IMG/VR virus record: IMGVR_UViG_3300046007_007030
Direction: 5' to 3' (one strand)
From: a virus
DNA: 64,000 nucleotides
The translations under genes and the position numbers were made by a program. The notes beneath the pieces were generated by a model. That model searched no databases and was not told where the DNA came from. It was given only the letters and a program-made list of their open reading frames with translations. This document shows positions 46,891 through 56,330 of the stretch, one piece after another (within the stretch, counting starts at the first letter, position 1; the number at the start of each line of letters is the position of its first letter).

Positions 46891-49104
46891 TTAGACTAAG
46901 CAACCATCAGCAGTACCGACGCACGCGGCGGCACCCATGGTGTCTACATCTATATACTTCTTCTCCACGAGACTGCTCTCCCAGTCCACGTCTTGGACCA
47001 GGTTCTGCTGGATCTTCTCCCACTTGTGGAGGATGAACACGTCCTTGAGGCAGTACTCGGCCTGCTTGGCGTCGCCCTTGAAGTAGTTCTCCGCGAACTT
47101 CTTGAAGCGGCGAATCCAGTCCTTCTTCAGCAACAGGCTGGAGTCATCGCTGCTTATGTCGATGCTCCTGTTCTGGGCAGTCATGCACGCCACCCAGAGG
47201 TTGTCGAACGCCTTGAGTCCGTCCACCACGAGGCCAGAGGCGAATACCGCACCGGTGCCATAGGTCTTCACGATCTCCTTGGCGTCGATCACCTTCGTGT
47301 TCGGGGCCTGAGCGTAGTCCTTGTCGCCAGTCATGGCGAGGAACGAGATGCCAGCGAAGTTGGCGCGATTCTCGTATACGTACTCGGCCACCTCGTCCCA
47401 GTCGTCCACGATGACTGTGTTAGACACGTTGTGACGGATGCCCTCGTCGGCGCAGAGCTTCTCGTCCGTGCCGGCGTTGACCCAGTGCTTCTGCGCCTTG
47501 GCGATTAGCCAGAGGTGCTTGATGCCGATGGTGTCGTCCTTGTACAGCGAGCCCTTCTTCGGTACGACCGGGAATGACACGACGTAGTCAGTCCTGCCGG
47601 CAGACCACACCGACTCCTCTACCATGTGCGGGTTCAACTTCTTGATGAGACGCGCGACCTCTGTGTCCTTGTTCAGCTGGATGTTGCGAATGTACATGGG
47701 CGAGTGATCCGCGTGGATACCCGACGCAGTCATAAGAAGCACAGAAGCGTTGCCACTAGGTTTAACGCAAGTGGTCCTAGCAGCGGGATTAGTACCAATA
47801 AGAGCAGCCACAGTCCTATTTGTGGATCGTACTGTGGTGGCTCCGGCTTCGAGGATCTTTTCATTGAACAGCGTCCTCGGGTTGTTCATCCAACCCGTAA
47901 TGGAGACGCCAAGCAGCGCCTCCCTATCGAAGATCTGCTTGCTCGTCTCGTCCAAGAACTTGAAGTTGGTGTAGCCGGCCTGGAGAGTTCCCAGGATGGA
48001 CGCTGCCTTGCAGGCCCTCTGGAAAGTCTCTTCGTCGGAACACATTCCTCCGTTGATCTCAGTCAGGTTGCATCCCTGCCACCCCGACTTGCCGTCGATC
48101 TGCGGGTACATCCCGATCTCGACGCATGGATTAGTCGTGTGCTCGGTGGACTCGACGAATACGAAGCCGGGCTCACCGAACTGCTTGATGCTCTGCATCA
48201 ATTGCATGAATTGCTCTTTGCTTGTGGTCTTTCGAACGATGACTGCGGAGTTGTTCGAGCGTCCACGCTGCGGATTATCGATGAACCAGTTGCCCGTCTT
48301 GGCCTTGGCCATCTCCTCGTCATCAGGGGAGAATAGGCAGATGGTCGCCGATCGACGCACACCACCCGACAACACAGCGTCGGCTGCATGCATCACGATG
48401 TCGTACACGTGGACCGGCCTCATCTTCGCTTCCTTCTCAGACATGAGGACCATGCTGGTCAGGAGGTGCTCGATGCGGTCGAGTGCTCTGCGGAGAGGAT
48501 CCGGTCCTGGTGCCATGAAGCCACCAGAGATCTTCGCGCCCTTCGGCCTGATCTGATTCAAGTCGAAGTACACCTTACGTCCTGCGTACTCTAAATATTT
48601 ACCTCCGTCCTTGAAGAAGCTCGACATCAACACGTCAAGCGCCGTGGCCCATCCCTCGATGGAGTCCTCGACGACGTGAGTCTTCGGCTGCTTCGTCCTC
48701 GGAGCGATCACTGGGATCTTGTCGACGTGATGCCTCTGCACCGAGAAGCCGGCGCCTGCGCCGCACAACAGGATGTAGAAGATCTCGCCAAAGAAAGAAG
48801 CGCGATCGGCATAAGACGAAGTACAGTTGTACATCTTCATCTGGTGCTTGAGGAGCTGATCGCCGCCGAACTGCAAGGCGCGCTGAGCTCCGAGTACGAG
48901 CTTGTCTTTGTAGGCCGTCTCCGCGAACGCGATGTACTCGGCTAGCTTCGGGGTCATCTTGTCCTTGTAGAAGTCGCGATGCATATTCATCACGCGCTCT
49001 ACGGCTTCATCCCAGGTCTCGTAGCGTCCCTTGTCTTCGTCGTATCTAGAATAGGACTCATAGAACTTAGCGTCGGACAATAGCTTACGTGTGTCAGTAT
49101 ACAT
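46891..49104 (-). CDS. nrdJ: Class II (adenosylcobalamin-dependent) ribonucleotide reductase
   Basis: YNC, GGVRRSA, RSNNS, TNPCVEI, CNLTEIN and TCVKPSG motifs, C-terminal Cys pair; no adjacent nrdB. Confidence 0.88.
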   Translation of the reverse strand: MYTDTRKLLSDAKFYESYSRYDEDKGRYETWDEAVERVMNMHRDFYKDKMTPKLAEYIAFAETAYKDKLVLGAQRALQFGGDQLLKHQMKMYNCTSSYADRASFFGEIFYILLCGAGAGFSVQRHHVDKIPVIAPRTKQPKTHVVEDSIEGWATALDVLMSSFFKDGGKYLEYAGRKVYFDLNQIRPKGAKISGGFMAPGPDPLRRALDRIEHLLTSMVLMSEKEAKMRPVHVYDIVMHAADAVLSGGVRRSATICLFSPDDEEMAKAKTGNWFIDNPQRGRSNNSAVIVRKTTSKEQFMQLMQSIKQFGEPGFVFVESTEHTTNPCVEIGMYPQIDGKSGWQGCNLTEINGGMCSDEETFQRACKAASILGTLQAGYTNFKFLDETSKQIFDREALLGVSITGWMNNPRTLFNEKILEAGATTVRSTNRTVAALIGTNPAARTTCVKPSGNASVLLMTASGIHADHSPMYIRNIQLNKDTEVARLIKKLNPHMVEESVWSAGRTDYVVSFPVVPKKGSLYKDDTIGIKHLWLIAKAQKHWVNAGTDEKLCADEGIRHNVSNTVIVDDWDEVAEYVYENRANFAGISFLAMTGDKDYAQAPNTKVIDAKEIVKTYGTGAVFASGLVVDGLKAFDNLWVACMTAQNRSIDISSDDSSLLLKKDWIRRFKKFAENYFKGDAKQAEYCLKDVFILHKWEKIQQNLVQDVDWESSLVEKKYIDVDTMGAAACVGTADGCLV

Positions 49105-49117
49105 GAGTAGTACCTCT

Positions 49118-50158
49118 CTAAATCTTCTTCCAGCGTTGTAGGGCGAGCTTGGCCTGAAGGCCGCGATGTGTAGACCGGTGTATTAGATCCAAGACGTTCC
49201 GACGACTCATACCGGACATGATCATTTCATTTATATCCTTGTGGGGAACGTCTTCGAGGATGCAGACACGACGGTTGCTGTCTATGTATGCTTGCATCTG
49301 TTTGACGATGTCCTTGTTCCGAGGCTCATTGTCGAAAAAATAAATGGTATCATTACTCAGCGGCAGAGCAGATAAGTCCGCGGAGCTACCCGCCAGAGCT
49401 ATGCAGTTCGGCAGGAATAAGGAGTCGATCGGTCCCTCGACCACGATGACTTCTTTCTTGAAGTCCACTCTATCCAAGCCGAATACCTTAGGCGCTTCTT
49501 CCTTGAACTTGATGGTGACGTACCTCAGCTTGGCGTCTTTCTCCAGAGACCTGCCAGTGCAGCCGGTGACGTATCCATTCTGGTCCACGAACGGGAGCAC
49601 GAGCCTGCCCTCGTCTTTCTCGAGAGTCTGCGCCGAGAACTTGTCGGGGATGTAGTGATTGACCCAGGTGTAGAACTTCGGACACCAGTACAGGAAGTAG
49701 TGAGTGTCGGTCGGTATCTTCCGAGACTCGACGTACTGTCTGCACTTGTGATCGAATGGGAGTTGGGATACTTTCTTGAGAGTCTTCAGTGGCTCGAACT
49801 TGTCAGTCCTGCGCTTGTCGAACTTCTCTATCTGGTGCTCGAACTTGGTGGCAGGCTTAGAAGAGAAGCCGTGCTCCTTGAGCCACTCCATGTTGTACTG
49901 CTCGAAGAGAGTCAGGTCGACCTCTCTCAAGAAGTTCTTGAACTTGGTCGACTTGCCGCAGTTGTGGCACTTGTACCAGAAAGTGCCCTTGTACTCAAAG
50001 ACGTAGCCTCGAGCCTTCGACTTACTCTTCTTAGAGTCGCCGCATATCGGACACCTGAAGTTGTATTGAGTCTTGCCGACCTTCTTGAATCGGTCTAGGC
50101 GAAAGGACAGGAGGTTGACGTACTTCTCGTCAAGCCATGTAGAATTGGTCGTTAACAT
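49118..50158 (-). CDS. gp61: DNA primase gp61
   Basis: NFRCPICGDS...CHNCG zinc finger, VVEGPIDSLF, DNEPRN and KDINEM motifs. Confidence 0.95.
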   Translation of the reverse strand: MLTTNSTWLDEKYVNLLSFRLDRFKKVGKTQYNFRCPICGDSKKSKSKARGYVFEYKGTFWYKCHNCGKSTKFKNFLREVDLTLFEQYNMEWLKEHGFSSKPATKFEHQIEKFDKRRTDKFEPLKTLKKVSQLPFDHKCRQYVESRKIPTDTHYFLYWCPKFYTWVNHYIPDKFSAQTLEKDEGRLVLPFVDQNGYVTGCTGRSLEKDAKLRYVTIKFKEEAPKVFGLDRVDFKKEVIVVEGPIDSLFLPNCIALAGSSADLSALPLSNDTIYFFDNEPRNKDIVKQMQAYIDSNRRVCILEDVPHKDINEMIMSGMSRRNVLDLIHRSTHRGLQAKLALQRWKKI

Positions 50159-50194
50159 AAGCTAGCCTCATTTGCGCTAGCACCATTATACACA

Positions 50195-50635
50195 CTATGG
50201 TATAAAAGTAAACAGTTTACTGAAGTCTACTTTAGAGGCGAGCAGCGAGGCCGCGATCGCTCCTCCCACGACAGTCCACTTCCACTTCTCGATGGCGTGC
50301 ATTCTCGTAGACAGATCTTCGTAGTGCTCTTCTTCTTTAGCCGAGAGTTTATTCAGAGTCTCTACTATTTTTTTGATCTCGTCGTTCATCTTCTCAACGA
50401 TCTCTTCTGTTTTCTTTTCCTGATAAGTCAGCCTCTGTTCATGTACTACCGCCAACTTCTCGAGAGAAGCAGAAACATCTGAGAGTTTGTCAATCGTCAA
50501 GTCAAACTTAGCGATCAAACCGTTGTACTGGCTGACCTCTCTCTCCAAGAGAGCGACCTTCGTTGATAGCTCAGGGTCTAAGTGATTTATTTCTTTTTCT
50601 AAGAGAGCTATCTTCGTCTGCAAGTCTTCAGTCAT
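50195..50635 (-). CDS. Coiled-coil protein with a C-terminal TM helix (XhlA/holin-like)
   Basis: LAVVHEQRL...IEKWKWTVVGGAIA. Confidence 0.55.
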   Translation of the reverse strand: MTEDLQTKIALLEKEINHLDPELSTKVALLEREVSQYNGLIAKFDLTIDKLSDVSASLEKLAVVHEQRLTYQEKKTEEIVEKMNDEIKKIVETLNKLSAKEEEHYEDLSTRMHAIEKWKWTVVGGAIAASLLASKVDFSKLFTFIP

Positions 50636-50858
50636 TGGTGCTCTCCTCGATCCACTCCCTGAATCCCATGAGAGACTTCAGTGCACTCCTCTTGAGAGGA
50701 GCTTCCGGGTCGGTGATGATGACGCGCTTCTTTCTCTTAGGAGGTACGCCAGGCTCGGCGAACTTCTTAGACTCCGGCGTAGTAGGATCCGCTCCGGTCG
50801 GTGCCGCGCCCATGCCGGCGGCTGCTCCCACTCCTACCATCTCTCTTAATCTAGTCAT
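50628..50858 (-). CDS. Hypothetical (putative head) protein
   Basis: LRE N-terminus, EPGVPPK and FREWIEE motifs. Confidence 0.55.
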   Translation of the reverse strand: MTRLREMVGVGAAAGMGAAPTGADPTTPESKKFAEPGVPPKRKKRVIITDPEAPLKRSALKSLMGFREWIEESTND

Positions 50859-51241
50859 AGATCTCTGAGCCTCTTCTCTATCTCAGGATCCATCGGAATC
50901 CCGGCCGTGTAGTGATTAGTACCGTCGATGTTCTCTACTATGTCTGGCAATATGCTCAAGAATACTAAGAAGGGCTTCACATAAGACTCCATGCCCTCCA
51001 GTTTCAAGAATATCATCCTCACAGTAGCCATCGGGCCAAACACGTTATTCAGCGCTATGACATGATTCAAGATCAATCGTTCTTTGAGGTCGCCTCGTTT
51101 GACGTACCTGTTGAGTAGTCTCTTTATGTACTTGAATCGCTTCAAGTCCTCGTAGAACTCGGCCGTGTCGTAGCACTGTGGATTATCGTAGTACTTCGCG
51201 GCGTATAATAAGAAGTTGGACTCGTCTAAGCGATCAGTCAT
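50855..51241 (-). CDS. Conserved T4-like hypothetical protein
   Basis: NFLLYAAKYYDNPQC...EFYEDLKRFKYIKRLL...ERLILNH. Confidence 0.8.
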   Translation of the reverse strand: MTDRLDESNFLLYAAKYYDNPQCYDTAEFYEDLKRFKYIKRLLNRYVKRGDLKERLILNHVIALNNVFGPMATVRMIFLKLEGMESYVKPFLVFLSILPDIVENIDGTNHYTAGIPMDPEIEKRLRDL

Positions 51242-51250
51242 AAAAATAAA

Positions 51251-51526
51251 TTACCACGACGTCGTGATCGAAGTCCTTACCCAAGTATTTGCCGCAGTAC
51301 ATATGTAGAGATAAGTGCTATTGGCTATAATCTGCCCGCGAGTACCGACAGCGGTATTAGAAGCGGGGGCCGCACCGACGGTCACGATACCCTTGAAGAG
51401 GTTCGTGACCGTGATCTTATTAGAGGTGGGAACACCTGACGGGTCTTTGACGACGTAAAGCAAGTCGGTATTAGCCGCCGACGTGGTCGCATCGAGCTCA
51501 GTGATCTTCTTAGTTGTAGTAGCCAT
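51251..51526 (-). CDS. Small structural protein
   Basis: KKITEL N-terminus; C-terminal GQI...YLYICTAANTWVR module shared with ORF 5023-5310. Confidence 0.65.
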   Translation of the reverse strand: MATTTKKITELDATTSAANTDLLYVVKDPSGVPTSNKITVTNLFKGIVTVGAAPASNTAVGTRGQIIANSTYLYICTAANTWVRTSITTSW

Positions 51527-51547
51527 GTGTTCCCACTCTCAGTTTGT

Positions 51548-52192
51548 TTACGAGGTGATCGTAAGGACGGCGTTGCCAGAGTTGACGTTCGCCGCGCCTG
51601 TAGCGCCGACCTGTACGCGATAGATCTTGCCGTTGAGAGACGGCGAGGTGTTCGCGAGGATCGACAGGGTAGCAGTCGTGGAGTTGCTGTAAGAACCACC
51701 ACTGACGTTGGCGAACGACGAACCGCCCCAGAGCTGCCACTGATAGGTGATGGTAGCGCCCGACGGCACCGAGGCAGCGACGACGCTGATGTTGGTGATG
51801 TCGTTGTTGGTCGAGTTACCAGAAGCGTTAGCCGGCTGCGTGGTGATGTTGAGCATGTAGTCCGGAATGACAGTGTCGTCAGAGCCGTCTTGTGCGATAG
51901 TCTTCATCGCAACGAGAGTCTCGTTCTGTACGCGACCTGCACGATTGCCAGAGCCGACGGTGCGAAGCACCCATCCGGCGTGAGTGACCTTGGTGTTGGC
52001 ACCGCCGCGGAGAGCCTGAGCTTCCTGACCACTGACGCCGAACTGACCGACTGTGATGCCAGTGATGAAAGCGTCTGCGGTGGTGTTCGTGTATAGGTTT
52101 GCCTGATTAACAGTATTCGGAGTCAACTTGACTTGAGTAGTTGCCCAGAGTACTGAATTTGCAGCATCATCGGTATTACCCCAATTAGCCAT
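51548..52192 (-). CDS. Virion protein with a C-terminal Ig-like domain
   Basis: HAGWVLRT.G.G.RAGRVQ.ETLVAM, then ITTQP...TYQWQ...YRVQV. Confidence 0.75.
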   Translation of the reverse strand: MANWGNTDDAANSVLWATTQVKLTPNTVNQANLYTNTTADAFITGITVGQFGVSGQEAQALRGGANTKVTHAGWVLRTVGSGNRAGRVQNETLVAMKTIAQDGSDDTVIPDYMLNITTQPANASGNSTNNDITNISVVAASVPSGATITYQWQLWGGSSFANVSGGSYSNSTTATLSILANTSPSLNGKIYRVQVGATGAANVNSGNAVLTITS

Positions 52193-52220
52193 TAGTAGTT
52201 ACTCCTGTTGGTTGTTATTC

Positions 52221-52412
52221 TCATTCTTTCATATCACGATGAAACTTTGAATTGCTCTGTAGAATGAAGCTGTTTCTGGTCGACACCAGCTTTGGTTCGT
52301 TGAAGATCTCTACTTGATCTTGAGGCGGCTTCTTCGGCTCTGCCTTGACGACTTCGACCGCTGGCGTGAACTTCTTGCCGCCGATGATTATCGTATTAGC
52401 CTTTATTGTCAT
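52221..52412 (-). CDS. Hypothetical protein
   Basis: Packed ORF within the late cluster. Confidence 0.5.
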   Translation of the reverse strand: MTIKANTIIIGGKKFTPAVEVVKAEPKKPPQDQVEIFNEPKLVSTRNSFILQSNSKFHRDMKE

Positions 52413-52599
52413 GCGCAAACTCGACCAGTTTCCTAGCTAACTGTCTCATAGGAGAGACAGACTCGTCCACGTCTATGCGACGCGGCTTGATCTTATTGAC
52501 TCGAGCCCTGCGCTCGATCGTCTCTTTGTCGCCGGGCTTGAGCTTCATCTTCTCGTAGGGAGTGCCCTTGACGTTGTCTCTTACCGGAAAGTCGGTCAC
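52396..52599 (-). CDS. Hypothetical protein
   Basis: GTGA overlap with the upstream ORF. Confidence 0.5.
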   Translation of the reverse strand: MTDFPVRDNVKGTPYEKMKLKPGDKETIERRARVNKIKPRRIDVDESVSPMRQLARKLVEFAHDNKG

Positions 52600-52808
52600 T
52601 TCAACTTTTCCTGAGCTACCTTCGCGGCTTCCCTAGCGAAGCTAGGTCCCTTCACGCGATTAGCGTAGTCTGCAACTTGCTGAGGGGTGTTCTTACCCCC
52701 AGCGATGGCCTCGTCCACGAAGCCGTTGACTTTCTTCTCATGAGACTGCTTCATCACGCTCGTGATGTCGTTGAGTACGGACTTTGGTCCGTCGAATAGA
52801 CTCGGCAT
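52596..52808 (-). CDS. Hypothetical protein
   Basis: TAATG overlap with the upstream ORF. Confidence 0.55.
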   Translation of the reverse strand: MPSLFDGPKSVLNDITSVMKQSHEKKVNGFVDEAIAGGKNTPQQVADYANRVKGPSFAREAAKVAQEKLK

Positions 52809-53161
52809 TACTTCACCCTTCCCTTGTTCTCGTCGTGCATCATGACGTCGTGTACTGTACTGATGTAGTCGCTGGCCAGAGAGATCTTCGTCTGGATCCA
52901 GGCCTCGAGTTGCTCCTCTTCACCGAGGGAGTCTGCCATCTGCTTGGCCTTCTCAGCCATCGCGAGGAGCTGAGTCTTGGCCATGCCACCCTCGTAGTCT
53001 CTCTCTTCCTTGACGGGCTTCTCTTCCTTCGGGGGCTCCTGAAGCTTGTCGACTGCCTTGTTGACTCGCTTCTGCCAGTCGTCGAGCATCTTCTTACCCG
53101 CCGACTTGCGACCTTCCACGAGAGAAGTCTTGATCTGTGACTCCAGTGACTTGTACGTCAT
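52808..53161 (-). CDS. Putative internal head protein
   Basis: EGGMAKTQL...LEAWIQTKISLASDYI motif; candidate LVE/VKE cleavage sites. Confidence 0.6.
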   Translation of the reverse strand: MTYKSLESQIKTSLVEGRKSAGKKMLDDWQKRVNKAVDKLQEPPKEEKPVKEERDYEGGMAKTQLLAMAEKAKQMADSLGEEEQLEAWIQTKISLASDYISTVHDVMMHDENKGRVK

Positions 53162-53162
53162 C

Positions 53163-53600
53163 TTACACCTTTAGTGTTGACTTGAGCATCCAACCGTGCT
53201 TGGCGTGGATGTCGATCCTGTCTTGCAGGAAGTTAGCGAGGCCGTAGACCTTCTGCTTCTCGGCCTCGAGGAATGCGGCCTTCAGCGTCTCCATGACCTT
53301 GTCGTTGTCGTCCTTTAGCTTAGACACCATCGCCACAGCGGCAGGAATGGAGGTCTCGTCATCAACGGTGGCCAGCTGACCGAATCGAGTGAACGAGCCT
53401 GGCGCGTATGCGTCGAGCGTACGGATCTGCTCGGCGATGGCGTCGGTGGCCAGCCACAGCTCATTGTAGATGCCTCCAAAGAAGGCGTGCATCTCGTTGA
53501 AGTTTGGACCGATCACATTCCAATGAAACATGTGAGCCTTCAGGTACATGGCGAAGGTGTCAGCGAGGACTACCTTCATCTTTTCGACTAGCTCTTCCAT
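53163..53600 (-). CDS. dps: Dps (DNA-binding protein from starved cells, ferritin-like)
   Basis: YLKAHMFHWNVIGPNFNEMH..F...D.IAEQIR...HAKHGWML ferroxidase motifs. Confidence 0.92.
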   Translation of the reverse strand: MEELVEKMKVVLADTFAMYLKAHMFHWNVIGPNFNEMHAFFGGIYNELWLATDAIAEQIRTLDAYAPGSFTRFGQLATVDDETSIPAAVAMVSKLKDDNDKVMETLKAAFLEAEKQKVYGLANFLQDRIDIHAKHGWMLKSTLKV

Positions 53601-53619
53601 TCTATTCCTCTCTCAATAT

Positions 53620-54795
53620 TTACCAAGCTCTGCAAGACCAGTACTTGGCCTTCCACTTCGGACCGGGGTTGACGTCGCAGCCGTGACGGGCGCGGAATGA
53701 CTTACGGGCAGCGGGATTGCTCTTACGAATCCTCATGTTCGGATCGCCGAAGCGAACCTTGACTACGTTGCCCTTCGAGTTCTTCACATAGACGGCACGC
53801 TTCTTGTTCTCACCTGGAGTAAGGAACGGCTTGTTGAGCGACACCTTGCGGCCTCCACTTTCTGCTTCTTCCTTGACGCAGTTCGGTACAGGATTACCGT
53901 TTCTGCCCTTCTTCATGCCCTCCATCCTATATCCGGTCCAGCACGGACCCTTCTTCTCGTGAATGACGGCGTATACCTCGACTTCCTCGGACTCTTCACC
54001 CCAGTCCTCGTACTCTACGTCTTCTTCTAGGTTGAAGAACTCCTCGGCGTAGCCGAGCTCCAGCTCCTCCACGAACTCCGAGAATGACTTTATGGAGTCT
54101 TCCTCGCGCAGGTCCTTGTCGGCGCCGTGATATGTACCCTTGCCCTTGGTGATGTACGAGTTGACTCTGGCCATGCCCCACTGCTGAGGAGTGGTTCCCG
54201 GCCTGTGACCGGTCCTCCAAGCGGCGACGCCCCTCTTATACACGGTCCTCAGGGTACCTAGGGAGACGCCAGACGACTTGGCCTTCTTAGCAAGAGCGCT
54301 GCCGGCCTCCTCGTCGATCATCTCTTCCTCGAGCTCGACTTCCTCACCGAACTTGGCGCGATACGCCTTCGTGTGCTTAGACTCCTTCGTCTTAGCATTG
54401 GCGTCGCCCGGCGCAGGCTCGTAGGCAGCCGGATCTTTCGTATCCATCTTGGACGTCTTGGCCCAATGCGCCTTGCGTGCAGCTACGGTAGACTTTGATA
54501 GACCCTTGTAGTAGGCCTTGTTCTCGGAGATATAGTCGCCAAAGAATTGATCGAAGTGTGACACGATTCCACCTTTTCCACCTGGTCTGTAGGCGGCAGC
54601 TCCTGGATCGCTGGCTACTGACAGGTAGTTGATGTTTGGAGGGTTGATGACTATCTCTACGCGGTTCTTGCCCTTGCCGACGGTAACAGTACCCTGAGGT
54701 ATGTTCACCTTCTGCTGGTTGGCCGGCTTCTGTGAGTCGTCACCCTTATTCGGGATCTTCTCTGAGGCGCCCTGGTCTTGCTTTGCGTCTGCCAT
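53620..54795 (-). CDS. Modular basic/acidic putative internal head polyprotein
   Basis: Basic modules (VYKRGVAAW..GHRPG..PQQW..ARVNSY; PCWTGY...VPNCVK; VRFGDP...RKSFRARH.C...YWSC) separated by Glu-rich linkers; late box at 54824. Confidence 0.65.
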   Translation of the reverse strand: MADAKQDQGASEKIPNKGDDSQKPANQQKVNIPQGTVTVGKGKNRVEIVINPPNINYLSVASDPGAAAYRPGGKGGIVSHFDQFFGDYISENKAYYKGLSKSTVAARKAHWAKTSKMDTKDPAAYEPAPGDANAKTKESKHTKAYRAKFGEEVELEEEMIDEEAGSALAKKAKSSGVSLGTLRTVYKRGVAAWRTGHRPGTTPQQWGMARVNSYITKGKGTYHGADKDLREEDSIKSFSEFVEELELGYAEEFFNLEEDVEYEDWGEESEEVEVYAVIHEKKGPCWTGYRMEGMKKGRNGNPVPNCVKEEAESGGRKVSLNKPFLTPGENKKRAVYVKNSKGNVVKVRFGDPNMRIRKSNPAARKSFRARHGCDVNPGPKWKAKYWSCRAW

Positions 54796-54845
54796 CTCTA
54801 AACCTTTGATTCTACTAGTACTGTATTTATGCTATAAGAATGTCT

Positions 54846-56330
54846 TCATCTCTTGACTTTTAACTTACCGGACTCTATGGCCTTCTTAATCCTATCAGCG
54901 TGACGAGCAGCTTCTTGCCTACTAAACATTGGACCGAGATGACGGTGTACTTCTTCTACGTCTCCCTTAGAAGACGCAGTCCTCAGGTTAGTGCCCGACA
55001 TACCATGAGAGCGATCACTGTCTTCCGGATGATGTATTTGGATCTCATCAAACTTTTTCTCTCCCATCTCCTTGATCTTACCAGCCTCGAGGGACTTCTT
55101 TAGACCATGCGCCCAATCGGCGCGATCGTGACCAACTAAGAGATGGAGTACCTTGCGACCACCCTCTGGCAACGAGTCGTGTGCTGCTCTGATAGTCTCA
55201 CCGGCAGACCCGACTACGTGAGTAGCTACTTTCTTCTTTCCACCCCACTGTCTGGCGAGTATGTCGGCCCTCTCTTTAGGAGAGTAGACGTCTGACTTAG
55301 CAGAGATGCCGACGTGTTTAGTGCCCGGTAGCTTCGCCATCGCTCCACCGAGGTCCTTAGCGTGACCCATGTGAGAGATAGGCGAGAATCCAGTCAGCGG
55401 CACTACTGAGGTGTGATGTGTCTCTTCAGCTTCTTCATTGATCGGATTCTGAATACCAAGAGTCTTACCGATGTGAGCGATGGCCTTGCTATGATCAGCT
55501 CCTTTCATCTTAGACACCGAGTCGGCGAACTTCTGATAGATGGCTGCGTGATGGTCAGGATGGACGTGATCTCTGATGAGTTCGGACAGTCCCTGGAATG
55601 AGTGAACCTTAGAAGCGTCTGCTTTTGGACCGAACAGAGCGCCAGTCACTTCGCTCGGATCAGATATGCCAGGATCGTCTTTAGCCGAGTCGCGCGAGCG
55701 CAAACCGTGAGTGATGGAGAACTTCTGATTGTTGGCCGAGGCGATGGCATTGAGGAGTACTTTATGATGAAGTCCCTTGATACCACGCTGACGATCTGAG
55801 AAGTTGGCGCTGTGCAAGAACTGCTCGCCAGGTGTAGGCTCGCCGGTCTTAGGATCTGTGTGAACACCCTCGAAGTCGAACTGGTGATGCTCGCCGTTCT
55901 CGTGCTTCATTACTGCCGAGACTTCATTACCGTGCTTCTTGGTGCCGACGACCATGTACTTACCGATGAGACGACCTGGGAACAGGAACTTCGCCATCTG
56001 ATTCTTGTGATCGTGATGCATCTGGGCATCGACGTCGCCAGTAGTCGGCATCGCATCAGCGACTGCCTTGTGCGGCAAGTTTTCGTCCATGAGCGAGCGC
56101 GTAGATCCGGCGTATGTAGAACCACTGCTCAGACCGGACTTTTTCTTGCCGAATAGGTGCTCGCCCGTCTCTTTATGGAACTGGTCGTGTAGGTCAGAAA
56201 GAGCGCCGTGGATGTCGGCTTGACGCTGAGACCTGTTTCGAGCCGTCACAACGAATGGAGCAGCAGATCCACCCTCGACAGATATATTGCCACCCTCGGC
56301 TAAGAGGAACTGTCCGAACGTCTTAATCAT
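54846..56330 (-). CDS. Two-domain nucleotidyltransferase: pol-beta-like N-terminal domain plus HIGH-superfamily (cytidylyltransferase-like) C-terminal domain
   Basis: Start reassigned to MIKTFGQFLLAE. AGST...GDVD...QFDF motif, then FSPISHMGH, LLVGHDR and MSGTNLR. Confidence 0.65.
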   Translation of the reverse strand: MIKTFGQFLLAEGGNISVEGGSAAPFVVTARNRSQRQADIHGALSDLHDQFHKETGEHLFGKKKSGLSSGSTYAGSTRSLMDENLPHKAVADAMPTTGDVDAQMHHDHKNQMAKFLFPGRLIGKYMVVGTKKHGNEVSAVMKHENGEHHQFDFEGVHTDPKTGEPTPGEQFLHSANFSDRQRGIKGLHHKVLLNAIASANNQKFSITHGLRSRDSAKDDPGISDPSEVTGALFGPKADASKVHSFQGLSELIRDHVHPDHHAAIYQKFADSVSKMKGADHSKAIAHIGKTLGIQNPINEEAEETHHTSVVPLTGFSPISHMGHAKDLGGAMAKLPGTKHVGISAKSDVYSPKERADILARQWGGKKKVATHVVGSAGETIRAAHDSLPEGGRKVLHLLVGHDRADWAHGLKKSLEAGKIKEMGEKKFDEIQIHHPEDSDRSHGMSGTNLRTASSKGDVEEVHRHLGPMFSRQEAARHADRIKKAIESGKLKVKR

